55,356 nucleotides of DNA. Source: Burkholderiales bacterium (lineage in GTDB: Bacteria; Pseudomonadota; Gammaproteobacteria; Burkholderiales; SG8-39). Below are positions 27,721 through 36,994 of this stretch, piece by piece; positions within the stretch are counted from its first letter, which is position 1, and every line of letters begins with the position of its first letter. A program made the translations under genes and the position numbers. The notes under the pieces were generated by a model. It saw only the letters and a list, made by a program, of their open reading frames with translations, was not told the DNA's origin and ran no database searches. The stretch spans positions 1-55,356 of the forward strand of contig JBATEB010000195.1 in assembly GCA_049663805.1 (NCBI GenBank), written 5' to 3'.

Positions 27721-28694
27721 TCGCCTACATCATACGCCGGGCGCTTTATGCGATCCCGATTCTGATCGGGGTGAATCTCATCACCTTCCTGCTGTTTTTC
27801 GTCGTGAATACCCCGGAAGACATGGCGAGGATGCAGCTGGGGGTCAGGCGCGTCACATCCGAAGCCATCGAGAAGTGGAAGGCGGAGCGCGGATACGACA
27901 AGCCGATGCTGTACAACGGCCGCGCCACCGGACTCGGGCGTCTCGCGGACACGGTTTTCTACGAGAAATCGGTGCGGCTGTTCGTTTTCGATTTCGGCAA
28001 CGCCGACGACGGGCGTTCGATCCGCCACGAGATCCTCAGCCGCATGTGGCCCAGTCTGGCGCTGCAGTTGCCGGTGTTTCTCGTCGGCATCGCCGTGTAC
28101 GTCACCTTCGCGCTGCTGATGGCCTTTTTCCGCGCAACCTATCTGGACTTCTGGGGCGTGGTTCTGTGCATTGCGATGATGTCCATTTCAGGCCTGTTCT
28201 ACATCATCGGCGGCCAGTACCTGTTCTCGAAAGTGTGGAATCTCGTGCCCATATCGGGCTACGCGGGCGGGTTCGACGCCCTCAAGTTCCTTGCACTGCC
28301 GGTTGCCGTGGGCGTGGTGAGCGGCGTCGGCTCCAGTTCAAGGTGGTATCGCACGATTTTTCTGGAAGAGATGGGAAAGGACTACGTGCGCACCGCGCGC
28401 GCCAAGGGCCTGGCGGAATCATCGGTGATGTTCAGACATGTTCTCAAGAACGGCATGATCCCCATCCTCACCGGCGCGGTGGTCGTGATCCCGACCTTGT
28501 TCATGGGCGCGCTGATCACCGAGTCCTTCTTCGGGATTCCGGGCCTCGGGAGCTACACCATCGATGCGATCCAGGCCCAGGATTTTTCGGTGGTGCGTTC
28601 GATGGTATTTCTCGGCTCGGTCCTGTACATCGCAGGGCTGATACTGACCGACATCTCCTACACGCTGGTCGATCCGCGGGTTCGGTTCGAATGA
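27717..28694 (+). CDS. ABC transporter permease (DppB/YejB type)
   Basis: GTGA overlap with the SBP stop. Starts IAYIIRRALYAIPILIGVNLITF. The EAA-loop region contains DYVRTARAKGL. Confidence 0.88.
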   Translation: MIAYIIRRALYAIPILIGVNLITFLLFFVVNTPEDMARMQLGVRRVTSEAIEKWKAERGYDKPMLYNGRATGLGRLADTVFYEKSVRLFVFDFGNADDGRSIRHEILSRMWPSLALQLPVFLVGIAVYVTFALLMAFFRATYLDFWGVVLCIAMMSISGLFYIIGGQYLFSKVWNLVPISGYAGGFDALKFLALPVAVGVVSGVGSSSRWYRTIFLEEMGKDYVRTARAKGLAESSVMFRHVLKNGMIPILTGAVVVIPTLFMGALITESFFGIPGLGSYTIDAIQAQDFSVVRSMVFLGSVLYIAGLILTDISYTLVDPRVRFE

Positions 28695-30118
28695 TGCTCG
28701 TTCGTCTCTGGACGGACGTCCTGGTCTGGCTGCTCGTCGCGGCGATCGTGGCGTATTCCATTTACGTCCGCCGCCAGCCTCATCTGCTCGCACCCTGGAG
28801 GCGCGTCACCCGGAGCGCCCTCGGAATGTCCGCGCTGGTCGTGCTCGCGGCATTCGTCTTCATCGGCCTCCTCGACTCGCTGCACTACCGGCCCGCGCTC
28901 GAGCGCCGGGCGGGCCAGGGCGAGGCGTATTCGGCCGAGGTGCTTTCGCTCCTCGACGCAGCGGCGGGCCCGCTGCGCGAGCGCAGGGAGCGCACTTACT
29001 CCGCCCCCCTTGCGACGCGTGCCTATGCGCGCGAGACGCTCGAAGTCCGGGGTTCGGACGGCACGCTGCGGCAGGTCAGGGAGTTTCCCCGGCTGACCTG
29101 GGGGGGTGCGCATCTGAAGGACGAAAGGGAGCGGAGCCGGGACATCTTCCTGCGGGCCGTATCGGGAATGGCGCTGGCGGCCGTCCTGTGGCTGGCGCTC
29201 GCCGCAGCCGTCGCCTGGCGGCACGCCCGCGCCTCGGAGAATCGCGTGGGCGAGGCGTGGCGCGCGATCTGGCGGGGACAGACCGGTACCCCCTGGCGCG
29301 CGGTTCTGATCACTGCGGGCGCGCTGCTGGCACTGACCGGTCCGGCGATGACGCTATGCGCCCACTACCATGTTCTCGGCACGGACAAGGTCGGTCGCGA
29401 TGTCCTGTACCTCGCTCTCAAGGGCATACGCACCGGTCTCGTGATCGGTACTTTGACGACACTGATGCTGATGCCTTTCGCGGTGCTGCTCGGCATCATG
29501 GCGGGTTACTTCCGCGGCTGGATCGACGACGTCATCCAGTATCTGTACACCACCGTCAATTCGATCCCGGGGGTGCTGCTGATCGCCGCCGCCGTCCTCC
29601 TGATGCAGGTCTACATCGACCGGCATCCGGAACTTTTCCCGACCTCGGCGGAACGCGCCGATCTGCGGCTGCTGTTCCTGTGCTTCATCCTGGGACTGAC
29701 CAGCTGGACCGGTCTCGCGCGACTGCTTCGCGGAGAATCCCTCAAGCTGCGCGAGCTCGAGTACATCCAGGCCGCTCAGGCCTTCGGCGTGCGGGACGCG
29801 CGCATCATCACGCGCCACATCCTCCCCAACGTCATGCACATCGTGTTGATCAGCCTGGTGATGGATTTTTCGGGTTTGGTGCTCGCCGAGGCCGTGCTCT
29901 CCTACGTGGGCGTCGGCGTCGATCCTTCGATGATCAGTTTCGGCACCATGATCAACGCGGCGCGCCTGGAGATGTCGCGCGAGCCGATCGTCTGGTGGGC
30001 GCTCGCGGCGGCCTTCGTCTTCATGTTCGCGTTGGTGCTGGCTGCCAACCTGTTCGCTGACGCCGTGCGCGACGCTTTCGACCCGCGCGTGCGGGTCGGG
30101 ACGCTGGCGGCGGCATGA
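28691..30118 (+). CDS. ABC transporter permease (DppC/YejE type) with ~190-aa N-terminal extension
   Basis: ATGA overlap with the upstream permease. The canonical core starts around HVLGTDKVGRDVLY. It is preceded by three extra hydrophobic helices and a ~95-aa soluble loop. 475 aa, against about 300-340 aa for typical family members. Confidence 0.85.
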   Translation: MMLVRLWTDVLVWLLVAAIVAYSIYVRRQPHLLAPWRRVTRSALGMSALVVLAAFVFIGLLDSLHYRPALERRAGQGEAYSAEVLSLLDAAAGPLRERRERTYSAPLATRAYARETLEVRGSDGTLRQVREFPRLTWGGAHLKDERERSRDIFLRAVSGMALAAVLWLALAAAVAWRHARASENRVGEAWRAIWRGQTGTPWRAVLITAGALLALTGPAMTLCAHYHVLGTDKVGRDVLYLALKGIRTGLVIGTLTTLMLMPFAVLLGIMAGYFRGWIDDVIQYLYTTVNSIPGVLLIAAAVLLMQVYIDRHPELFPTSAERADLRLLFLCFILGLTSWTGLARLLRGESLKLRELEYIQAAQAFGVRDARIITRHILPNVMHIVLISLVMDFSGLVLAEAVLSYVGVGVDPSMISFGTMINAARLEMSREPIVWWALAAAFVFMFALVLAANLFADAVRDAFDPRVRVGTLAAA

Positions 30119-30256
30119 GCGCGACGAAAATCGGTGACCGGCGCGGGCAGGGCAAGGGTTCCCTTGGCGCCGCGCCGTTCGTCGAAGGACGAGGCGACGG
30201 GCTCGGGAGCGGTGCAGGGAAAGCCTCGCCCGCCCCGGTCGCCGCGCGGTTTCGAC

Positions 30257-32263
30257 ATGGCTGAAGCGCTGCTTCGCGTCAGGAATCTCAGAACCGTGCT
30301 CGAGGGCTCGGGAGCGGCGGTGCGCGCGGTGGACGGCGTGGAGATGGACATCCGCCGCGGCGAAACCTTCGCCATCGTCGGGGAATCGGGCTGCGGCAAG
30401 AGCATGACCGCCTTGTCGCTCATGCGACTGCTGCCGGAGACCGGCCGCATTGCGGGAGGAAGCGTTGAGCTTGCGGGGGTCGACCTGCTCGCGCTGCCGG
30501 AGGTGGCGATGCGCGCGGTGCGCGGCCGGCGGATCGGGATGATCTTCCAGGAGCCCGCCACCAGCCTGAACCCCGTGCTCACCGTCGGTACCCAGATCGC
30601 AGAGGTGCTCGAACGCCATACCGAATTGCGCGGCGCAGCCCTGGGCGCGCGCATCCTTTCGCTGCTCGATGCGGTAGGCATTCCGGATGCCGCCCGCAGG
30701 GCGGGGGAATATCCCTTCCAGCTTTCCGGGGGTCTCAAACAGCGCGCGATGATCGCCATGGCGCTCGCCGCCGATCCGGATCTGCTCATCGCCGACTAGC
30801 CGACCACCGCCCTGGACGTCACTATCCAGTCGCAGGTGCTCGAGTTGCTGCGCGATCTGCAAAGGAAGAACGGCATGGCGATCCTGCTGATCACGCACGA
30901 CCTGGGGATCGTCGCGCAGATGGCGCACCGGGTCGCGGTCATGTACGCGGGCCAGATCATCGAGGTGGCCGCACGCGAGCGATTCTTCGCCGCGCCCCAG
31001 CATCCCTATTCTCGCAAGCTGTTCGCCGCGCTGCCGACGACCGGCAAGCGCGGCGCGGAACTTGCGGTGATCCGGGGCCAGGTGCCGCCGCTCACCGAGG
31101 ATTTCCGCCGCTGCCGCTTCGTCGAACGCTGCGATTTTGCTTTCGACCGCTGCGCGGCCGAAGCGCCCGGCTGGACTCGGATCGGAGACAGTCACGAGGT
31201 CCGGTGTTTCCTCAGGGAAAAAGAGCGCGCCGGAGCGGTCGAGCCGGATGCGGGCGCGGCCGCGGCGGCGGGACCCGCCCGGGTGGCGCAAGCTGCGCCC
31301 CTTCTTTCCGTACGCGGACTGAAGGTGCATTTCCCGATTCGCAAGGGTTTATTCAGGCATACCGTCGGGCAGGTCAAGGCGGTGGACGGTACCTCGCTCG
31401 AGATCGGCGCCGGGCGCACGCTCGGCCTGGTCGGCGAGTCGGGTTGTGGCAAGACGACCGTCGGCAAGGCGATCCTGCAGCTCATCCGCCCGAGCGCGGG
31501 CGAGGTGCGTTTTGACGGCGTCGAGCTGACGCGGATCCGGGGGGCGGAGCTGCGCGCTCGCCGCCGCGGGTTCCAGATCATTTTCCAGGACCCGTACGCC
31601 TCGCTCAATCCACGCATGCGCGTCGCCGAGATTCTCTCCGAGGGAATGGCGGCGCTGGGTGTGGAGCCCGACGCCGCGGCGAGGGTCCGGCGCGTTGCGG
31701 AGATCCTCGACCAGGTCGGGCTCGCGCGCGATGCGGTCGATCGCTATCCCCACGAATTCTCCGGCGGGCAGCGGCAGCGGATCGCGATCGCGCGCGCCCT
31801 CGCGGTGCGCCCGCGGCTCATCATCTGCGACGAACCCACCAGCGCGCTCGACGTTTCGGTGCAAGCGCAGATTCTGAACCTGCTCAAATCGCTGCAGCGC
31901 GAACTCGGGCTCTCCTACCTCTTCATCACCCACAACATCGCGGTGGTCGATTACCTCGCGCACGAGGTCGCCGTGATGTATCTGGGACGCATCGTCGAGC
32001 GCGGCACCGTGGACGAAGTGCTGCGCTCCCCCAAGCATCCTTATACCCGGGCGCTCCTGGAAGCGGTGCCGAAGATCGAGGCGGGGGGCGAGCGCGAGAT
32101 CATCCGTTTGGAGGGCGAACTGCCGTCGCCCGCGAATCCGCCCTCGGGATGCCATTTCCATCCGCGCTGCCCGAAAGCCCTGCCCGAATGCCGCGGGCGC
32201 TATCCGGAGAATTTCGAGTTGTCCGGGACGCGCAGCGTAGCGTGCTGGTTATACGGGAAGTAA
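30257..32263 (+). pseudogene. Duplicated-NBD ABC ATPase (YejF/DppDF-fusion type) interrupted by a single in-frame TAG at 30797-30799
   Basis: ORFs 30134..30799 and 30836..32263 are in the same frame. The read-through sequence is ...PDLLIAD*PTTALDVTIQSQV..., so TAG replaces the Walker-B Glu codon (GAG expected). NBD1 has GESGCGKS and LSGGLKQR. NBD2 has GESGCGKTT, FSGGQRQR and LIICDEPTSALD. Confidence 0.7.
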
Positions 32264-32334
32264 TCCCGCGATTCGACCGGCTACCATGTCACGGCGATTG
32301 TCGCGTACCGGCCGTTCCCGAAGGGGCGCTGAAG

Positions 32335-33942
32335 CTATCGCTGCGCCACCGGCAGAATCGTCATGGCGAGGTCCTGCGGCAGCGGAGCGGTGGAAATCTT
32401 GCGGGGACGGGCTGCGCCGCGATAGATGTAGAGCCGCTGGCCGGTCGTCAGCACGCCGATGTGGTTCCAGCGGCGCAGGCTGTCGGTGCTGACGCGGTAG
32501 CGCCGCGCGATCCCGTAAAGCGTTTCGCCCTTTCTCACGATGTGCAGCAGTCCGCCGCGGCGCGCGGGCGCCGTCGGCTGGCGGAACACGGCGGGCAGGG
32601 GTTCGGCCGCGGCATCGGAGCCCTTGATCGGAAGGAGCAATTGCGAGCCCGGCCCGACCTTGGTGCGGGAGGTGATGCCGTTCGCCAGTCGCAGCTTCGA
32701 GACGGCGACACCATGCCTGGCCGCGAGCCTGTCGAGACTGTCGCCCTTCTTCATGGTATACGGCTGCCACGAGGTCAGCGGCTGGTCGTAGGTTTCGAGG
32801 TTGCGGCGAAACGTATCGACGCGGTCCGCGGGCAGGACGAGTGACTGGGTGTGCGGACCGGAGATCACCGGCCGGTTCAGCGCCGGGTTGAGCGCGATCA
32901 ATTCGTCGGCCGACATCTCCGCGAGCTTGGCGGCGATGACGATGTCAATGTCTTTTTCGGCCGGGATGGTGGAAAAGTAAGGCTCGTTGGGTATCGGCTC
33001 GAGGGTGATCCCGAACGCCTCCGGGTTAGAGATGATGTTCTTGAGCGCCTGCAGCTTGGGCACATAGCCGCGCGTCTCCCGCGGCACCTTCAAGCTCTGA
33101 TAGTCGGTCGGCAGCCCTCTCGCCTTGTTCCTCCGGATTGCCCGACCGATCCCGTTTTCGCCGAAGTTGTAGGACGCGAGCGCGAGGTGCCAGTCCCCGT
33201 GCATCTCGTAGAGCATCTGCAGATAATCGAGAGCGGCGTCGGTCGAAGCGATGACGTCGCGGCGCGAATCCGCCCACCAGTTCTGGCTCAACTTGTAGTT
33301 CCTGCCGGTGGAAGGGATGAACTGCCACAGGCCCGAGGCGTGGGAGCGCGAGTACGCCATGGGATTGAAGGCGCTCTCGACCATGGGGAGCAGGGCGATC
33401 TCGGTCGGGATGCCCCTCTTTTCGATTTCCTCGACGATGTAGAAAAGATAGAGCTTGCTGCGCTCGACCATGCGGGCGAGGTAGTCCTGCTGGCTCGCGT
33501 ACCAGCGCTCGCGCTGGCGCACCAGCGGGCCCTCGAGATCGGGTATGGCAAAACCGGCCCGAATCCGCTCCCACAGATCGTCCGCAGGGCGGGCGACGTC
33601 GATTTCGCGCGGGGAGTCGGCGGCCGCCGCCTTGGGGAGGGTCGTTTCGGCGCTGTTCCTGGCGCCCTCGATCGCGTTCTGAACAGGCGTAGCGGGCGCA
33701 ACGGCTGCGGCCTTCGCAACGGCCGCGGGAGTCACCGTGGCGGCGAGGACGGGTTCGGGCGCAGGGGCGGGGATCGGGGGAGGAGCAGGGGCGATGGCCT
33801 CCGCATCCGAGGCGAAAGGCGACCCCTGAGCCGTCTGCGCCCGGCCGAACGCGCTCTCGGGGTGTTCCGGTTCGGTGCTCCAGGGAATCTGGGAGCAGGC
33901 GGGCAGGAGGCAAACCGCCGCCAGCGCGAACAGCTTTTTCAC
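32335..33942 (-). CDS. mltD: Membrane-bound lytic murein transglycosylase D-like lipoprotein with two LysM domains
   Basis: GTG start with a GGGAGA Shine-Dalgarno. It has a lipobox (LAAVCLLPAC), an Ala/Pro-rich linker, an SLT catalytic region (MVESAFNPMAYSRSHASGLWQFIPSTG) and two C-terminal LysM repeats (YTMKKGDSLDRLAARHG..., HIVRKGETLYGIARRY...). Confidence 0.85.
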   Translation of the reverse strand: MKKLFALAAVCLLPACSQIPWSTEPEHPESAFGRAQTAQGSPFASDAEAIAPAPPPIPAPAPEPVLAATVTPAAVAKAAAVAPATPVQNAIEGARNSAETTLPKAAAADSPREIDVARPADDLWERIRAGFAIPDLEGPLVRQRERWYASQQDYLARMVERSKLYLFYIVEEIEKRGIPTEIALLPMVESAFNPMAYSRSHASGLWQFIPSTGRNYKLSQNWWADSRRDVIASTDAALDYLQMLYEMHGDWHLALASYNFGENGIGRAIRRNKARGLPTDYQSLKVPRETRGYVPKLQALKNIISNPEAFGITLEPIPNEPYFSTIPAEKDIDIVIAAKLAEMSADELIALNPALNRPVISGPHTQSLVLPADRVDTFRRNLETYDQPLTSWQPYTMKKGDSLDRLAARHGVAVSKLRLANGITSRTKVGPGSQLLLPIKGSDAAAEPLPAVFRQPTAPARRGGLLHIVRKGETLYGIARRYRVSTDSLRRWNHIGVLTTGQRLYIYRGAARPRKISTAPLPQDLAMTILPVAQR

Positions 33943-33994
33943 ACCGTCTCCCAAGTGCACCGCCCTCTTGACCACTCTGACTACGTGACCCGTG

Positions 33995-34023
33995 ATGTTA
34001 GCGAGACTTGTCAAATACGTCAA
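33995..34023 (-). promoter_or_regulatory. Sigma70-like promoter for mltD
   Basis: On the minus strand: TTGACG-17 nt-TAACAT, about 50 nt upstream of the mltD start. Confidence 0.4.
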
Positions 34024-34211
34024 GCAAGCTGTCGATTTAGAAGGACTTTTTCGACAAGAACGAGTCATTGGGCACCTCGGATTCCAGAGCGCCTTCTCCC
34101 GCGTCCATCGCGCTCGACAGAACCAGAACACTCAAGAATCGTGCCCGATTCGTGCTGTTTTTCACCGGGCGGAGAGGAGTCCCGGCGAACCAGAGCTATG
34201 ACCGCGGGCGC

Positions 34212-34985
34212 TCAGAATTCGTTCTTCCACTGCCTGAGCGCGGCAAAGACCGCCGCCGGGTCGCCGGCGCGCTTTCCCAGATACTTGTTCGCCGATTCGA
34301 TGACCGCCGGTCGCGTCACGCGCAAGAAGGGATTGGTCGCCTTCTCGCGGGCGATGGTCGTGGGCAGCGTCGGCCGGTCTTGGCGCCGCAGTCGAGCGTC
34401 ATCCGCTTCGCGCTCGAGCAGCGCGGCATTCTCCGGCTCGACCGCCTTGGCAAAGCCGATGTTCGCCAGGGTGTACTCGTGTCCGCAATAGACCAGGGTT
34501 TCGTCGGGAAGCGCCATCAGCTTCTGGAGCGACGCGTACAGCTGCCGCGGCGTGCCTTCGAACGCTCGCCCGCAGCCGCAGGCGAAGAGTGTGTCACCAC
34601 AGAACAGCATGCCTGCCCCATAATACGCGACGTGCGCGCGCGTGTGACCGGGGATGTCCAGCACCTCGAAAGACACGTTCACGGGTTCGATGGCGACGCG
34701 ATCTCCGCCGCCGACCGGGTGCGTGAGCGTCGGGATCGGTTCGCCACGGGGTCCGTATACGGGGGCCGGGTGAACCCGGCACAACTCCGCGATACCTCCG
34801 ACGTGATCCTGGTGGTGATGCGTGGCCAGGATGGCGGCGAGCCGGAGGTGCTGGTCCGCGAGATAGTCGAGCACCGGCCGGGCCTCGCCCGGATCGACCA
34901 CCACCGCGCTACGCGTGTCGCGTATCGTCCAGATGTAGTTGTCCTTGAACGCCCGCAGGGGGATGACTTCGATTTTCTCGGTCAC
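34212..34985 (-). CDS. gloB: Hydroxyacylglutathione hydrolase (glyoxalase II)
   Basis: Contains IPLRAFKDNYIW, THHHQDHVGG, PGHTRAHVAY and CGHEYT. GTG start chosen to give 257 aa. An alternative ATG is at 35024. Confidence 0.9.
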   Translation of the reverse strand: MTEKIEVIPLRAFKDNYIWTIRDTRSAVVVDPGEARPVLDYLADQHLRLAAILATHHHQDHVGGIAELCRVHPAPVYGPRGEPIPTLTHPVGGGDRVAIEPVNVSFEVLDIPGHTRAHVAYYGAGMLFCGDTLFACGCGRAFEGTPRQLYASLQKLMALPDETLVYCGHEYTLANIGFAKAVEPENAALLEREADDARLRRQDRPTLPTTIAREKATNPFLRVTRPAVIESANKYLGKRAGDPAAVFAALRQWKNEF

Positions 34986-35030
34986 GCGGATTCCAGGTCG
35001 GATTAAAATGCGCTCGGGATTCATTTTGCT

Positions 35031-35786
35031 ATGAAGTCGTGGCCGGCGCAAAAGCCGATGCTCGCCGAGTGGTTCGAGACGCCGAAGGGCAGCTACGTGC
35101 TCGCCTGGGAGCGGGTGCAATTCGACGCGGCGGTCGAGGACATCTTCGGTTTCAATGCGGTGCAGATCGGACTTCCCGGTCTCGACTTCCTGCGTGAATC
35201 CCGCATTCCCCTGCGGGTCCGCGCCGGGCTCGATCCGGGGTGCGGCCTGCGCTCCGAGCCGATGCAGCTGCCGCTCGCCTCGCAGAGCGTCGACCTGATC
35301 GCTCTGCCGCATGTGCTGGAGTTCAGCGCCCAGCCGCACGCGATCTTGCGCGAGGCCGAGCGGGTGCTCATGCCCGAAGGCAGCATCGTCCTCTCCGGGT
35401 TCAACCCCGTGTCGCTGTGGGGGGCGGCACGCACTCTCGGCTGGGAGCGGCGACAGGTTCCCTCCTGCGGAAGGTTCATCGGGTTGCTGCGACTCAAGGA
35501 CTGGCTCGCGCTGCTCGGCTTCGAGCTGACCGGCGGACGTTTCGGCTGCTACGCGCCGCCGTTCTCCCAGACGCGCTGGATCGAGCGCTTCGCGTTCGTG
35601 GAAAAAGCGGGCGACCGCTGGTGGCCGATCTGCGGCGCCGTGTACGTCGTTCGCGCGATCAAGCGCAATATCGGGATGCGGCTGGTCGTCCCGAGCTGGC
35701 GCGACAAGCGCGCCGCGAAGAAATCCCTGGCCCCGGTGACGCAGAGGGAAAACGGGTTGCATGTCCAGAAACGCGGGCGCCGGTAG
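35031..35786 (+). CDS. Class I SAM-dependent methyltransferase
   Basis: 251 aa. Contains [47 protein letters not shown] (Methyltransf_11-like). It lies in the conserved gloB / methyltransferase-rnhA-dnaQ neighbourhood. Confidence 0.75.
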   Translation: MKSWPAQKPMLAEWFETPKGSYVLAWERVQFDAAVEDIFGFNAVQIGLPGLDFLRESRIPLRVRAGLDPGCGLRSEPMQLPLASQSVDLIALPHVLEFSAQPHAILREAERVLMPEGSIVLSGFNPVSLWGAARTLGWERRQVPSCGRFIGLLRLKDWLALLGFELTGGRFGCYAPPFSQTRWIERFAFVEKAGDRWWPICGAVYVVRAIKRNIGMRLVVPSWRDKRAAKKSLAPVTQRENGLHVQKRGRR

Positions 35787-36222
35787 AAACGACGTGGTGC
35801 GGATCTACACCGACGGCGCCTGCAAGGGCAATCCAGGTCCGGGAGGCTGGGGGGCGTTGCTCAAGACCGCGAGGGGCGAGACCGAGCTGTTCGGCGGTGA
35901 AACGCAGACGACCAACAACCGCATGGAGCTCACCGCGGTGATTCGCGCCCTCGAGGCGCTCGAACCACCGTGCGAGGTGGCGGTCTACACCGACTCGCAG
36001 TATGTTCAGAAGGGAATCAGCGAGTGGCTGAGCGACTGGAAGCGCCGCGGCTGGCGCACCGCAGACAGGAAGCCGGTGAAAAACCAGGACCTCTGGCAGG
36101 AGCTGGATCGACTGGCCCGGGTCCACCGCATCGCCTGGCATTGGGTCAAGGGACACGCCGGGCACCCGGAAAACGAGCGCGCCGACGCGCTCGCCAACCG
36201 CGGCGTGGAATCGCTGGGGTAG
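35761..36222 (+). CDS. rnhA: Ribonuclease HI
   Basis: Contains [43 protein letters not shown] and [20 protein letters not shown]. It overlaps the methyltransferase by 26 nt. An alternative GTG is at 35794. Confidence 0.93.
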   Translation: MSRNAGAGRNDVVRIYTDGACKGNPGPGGWGALLKTARGETELFGGETQTTNNRMELTAVIRALEALEPPCEVAVYTDSQYVQKGISEWLSDWKRRGWRTADRKPVKNQDLWQELDRLARVHRIAWHWVKGHAGHPENERADALANRGVESLG

Positions 36223-36227
36223 GGCCC

Positions 36228-36947
36228 ATGCGGAGCGTCGTCCTGGACACCGAAACGACCGGCCTCAACGCCGCTCTCGGCGACCGCATCATCGAGCTTG
36301 GCTGCATCGAGATCCTGAACCGGCGCCTCACCGGGAATCAATTTCACCGTTACGTCAACCCCGAACGCGACAGCGAGACCGGCGCGCTCAAGGTGCACGG
36401 CATCACCAGCGATTTTCTCCAGGACAAGCCCAAGTTTCGCGAGATCGCCGCCGAGTTCCTGGACTATATCCAGGGCGCGGAGCTGGTCATCCATAACGCA
36501 GCCTTCGACACCGAATTCCTCGATCTCGAGCTCGGCCGCCTCGGGCTGCCACCGGTCGCCCAGCACTGTGGCGCGATCATGGATACGCTGAAGTTCGCGC
36601 GCGATCTGCACCCGGGGAAGAAGAACTCGCTCGACGCCCTGTGCGAGCGCTACGGGATCGACCACACTCGCCGGACGCTCCACGGCGCGCTCCTCGATGC
36701 CTCTTTGCTCGCCGAGGTCTACCTGGCCATGACCCGGGGTCAGGACAGCCTCGCGATGGAGTTCGACCGTCCACGGCCGGTCTCGGTGGCAACGCAGACC
36801 GAGCGGGGCGAGCGGCCGCCGCTCATCGTGATCCGCCCCAGCGCCGACGAACTGGCGGAGCACGCGCGGCTGCTTGCCGACATCGAGGCCGAGGCGAGGA
36901 CCGGGTGCGTCTGGCTCCGGGCGGAAACCGCGGGGGCGCCGTTCTAA
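36228..36947 (+). CDS. dnaQ: DNA polymerase III subunit epsilon (3'-5' exonuclease)
   Basis: Contains MRSVVLDTETTGL (Exo I), VIHNAAFDTEFL (Exo II) and HGALLDASLLAEVY (Exo III). Confidence 0.93.
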   Translation: MRSVVLDTETTGLNAALGDRIIELGCIEILNRRLTGNQFHRYVNPERDSETGALKVHGITSDFLQDKPKFREIAAEFLDYIQGAELVIHNAAFDTEFLDLELGRLGLPPVAQHCGAIMDTLKFARDLHPGKKNSLDALCERYGIDHTRRTLHGALLDASLLAEVYLAMTRGQDSLAMEFDRPRPVSVATQTERGERPPLIVIRPSADELAEHARLLADIEAEARTGCVWLRAETAGAPF

Positions 36948-36994
36948 CCGGGTGTGCGAAAATGGGCCGCCGCCCGCCAAGGGAACGATCTTCG

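Noticed and set aside
30134-30256. Upstream GTG-initiated extension of the ABC ATPase ORF (MTGAGRARVPLAPRRSSKDEATGSG...)
   Set aside because: It is low-complexity and has no NBD homology. Conserved sequence begins at MAEALLRVRNL (ATG 30257). A longer form cannot be excluded.
34136-34161. Plus-strand hairpin GAATCG-TGCC-CGATTC followed by GTGCTGTTTTT in the mltD-gloB spacer
   Set aside because: It looks like a small intrinsic terminator, but no plus-strand gene runs into it. Both flanking genes are on the minus strand, where it would read as an A-tract before the stem. It is probably fortuitous.
35761-35786. 26-nt overlap between the methyltransferase and rnhA as a possible frameshift or fusion
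   Set aside because: Both proteins are full length with intact motifs in their own frames. An alternative rnhA GTG at 35794 removes the overlap. It is an ordinary compact-operon feature.
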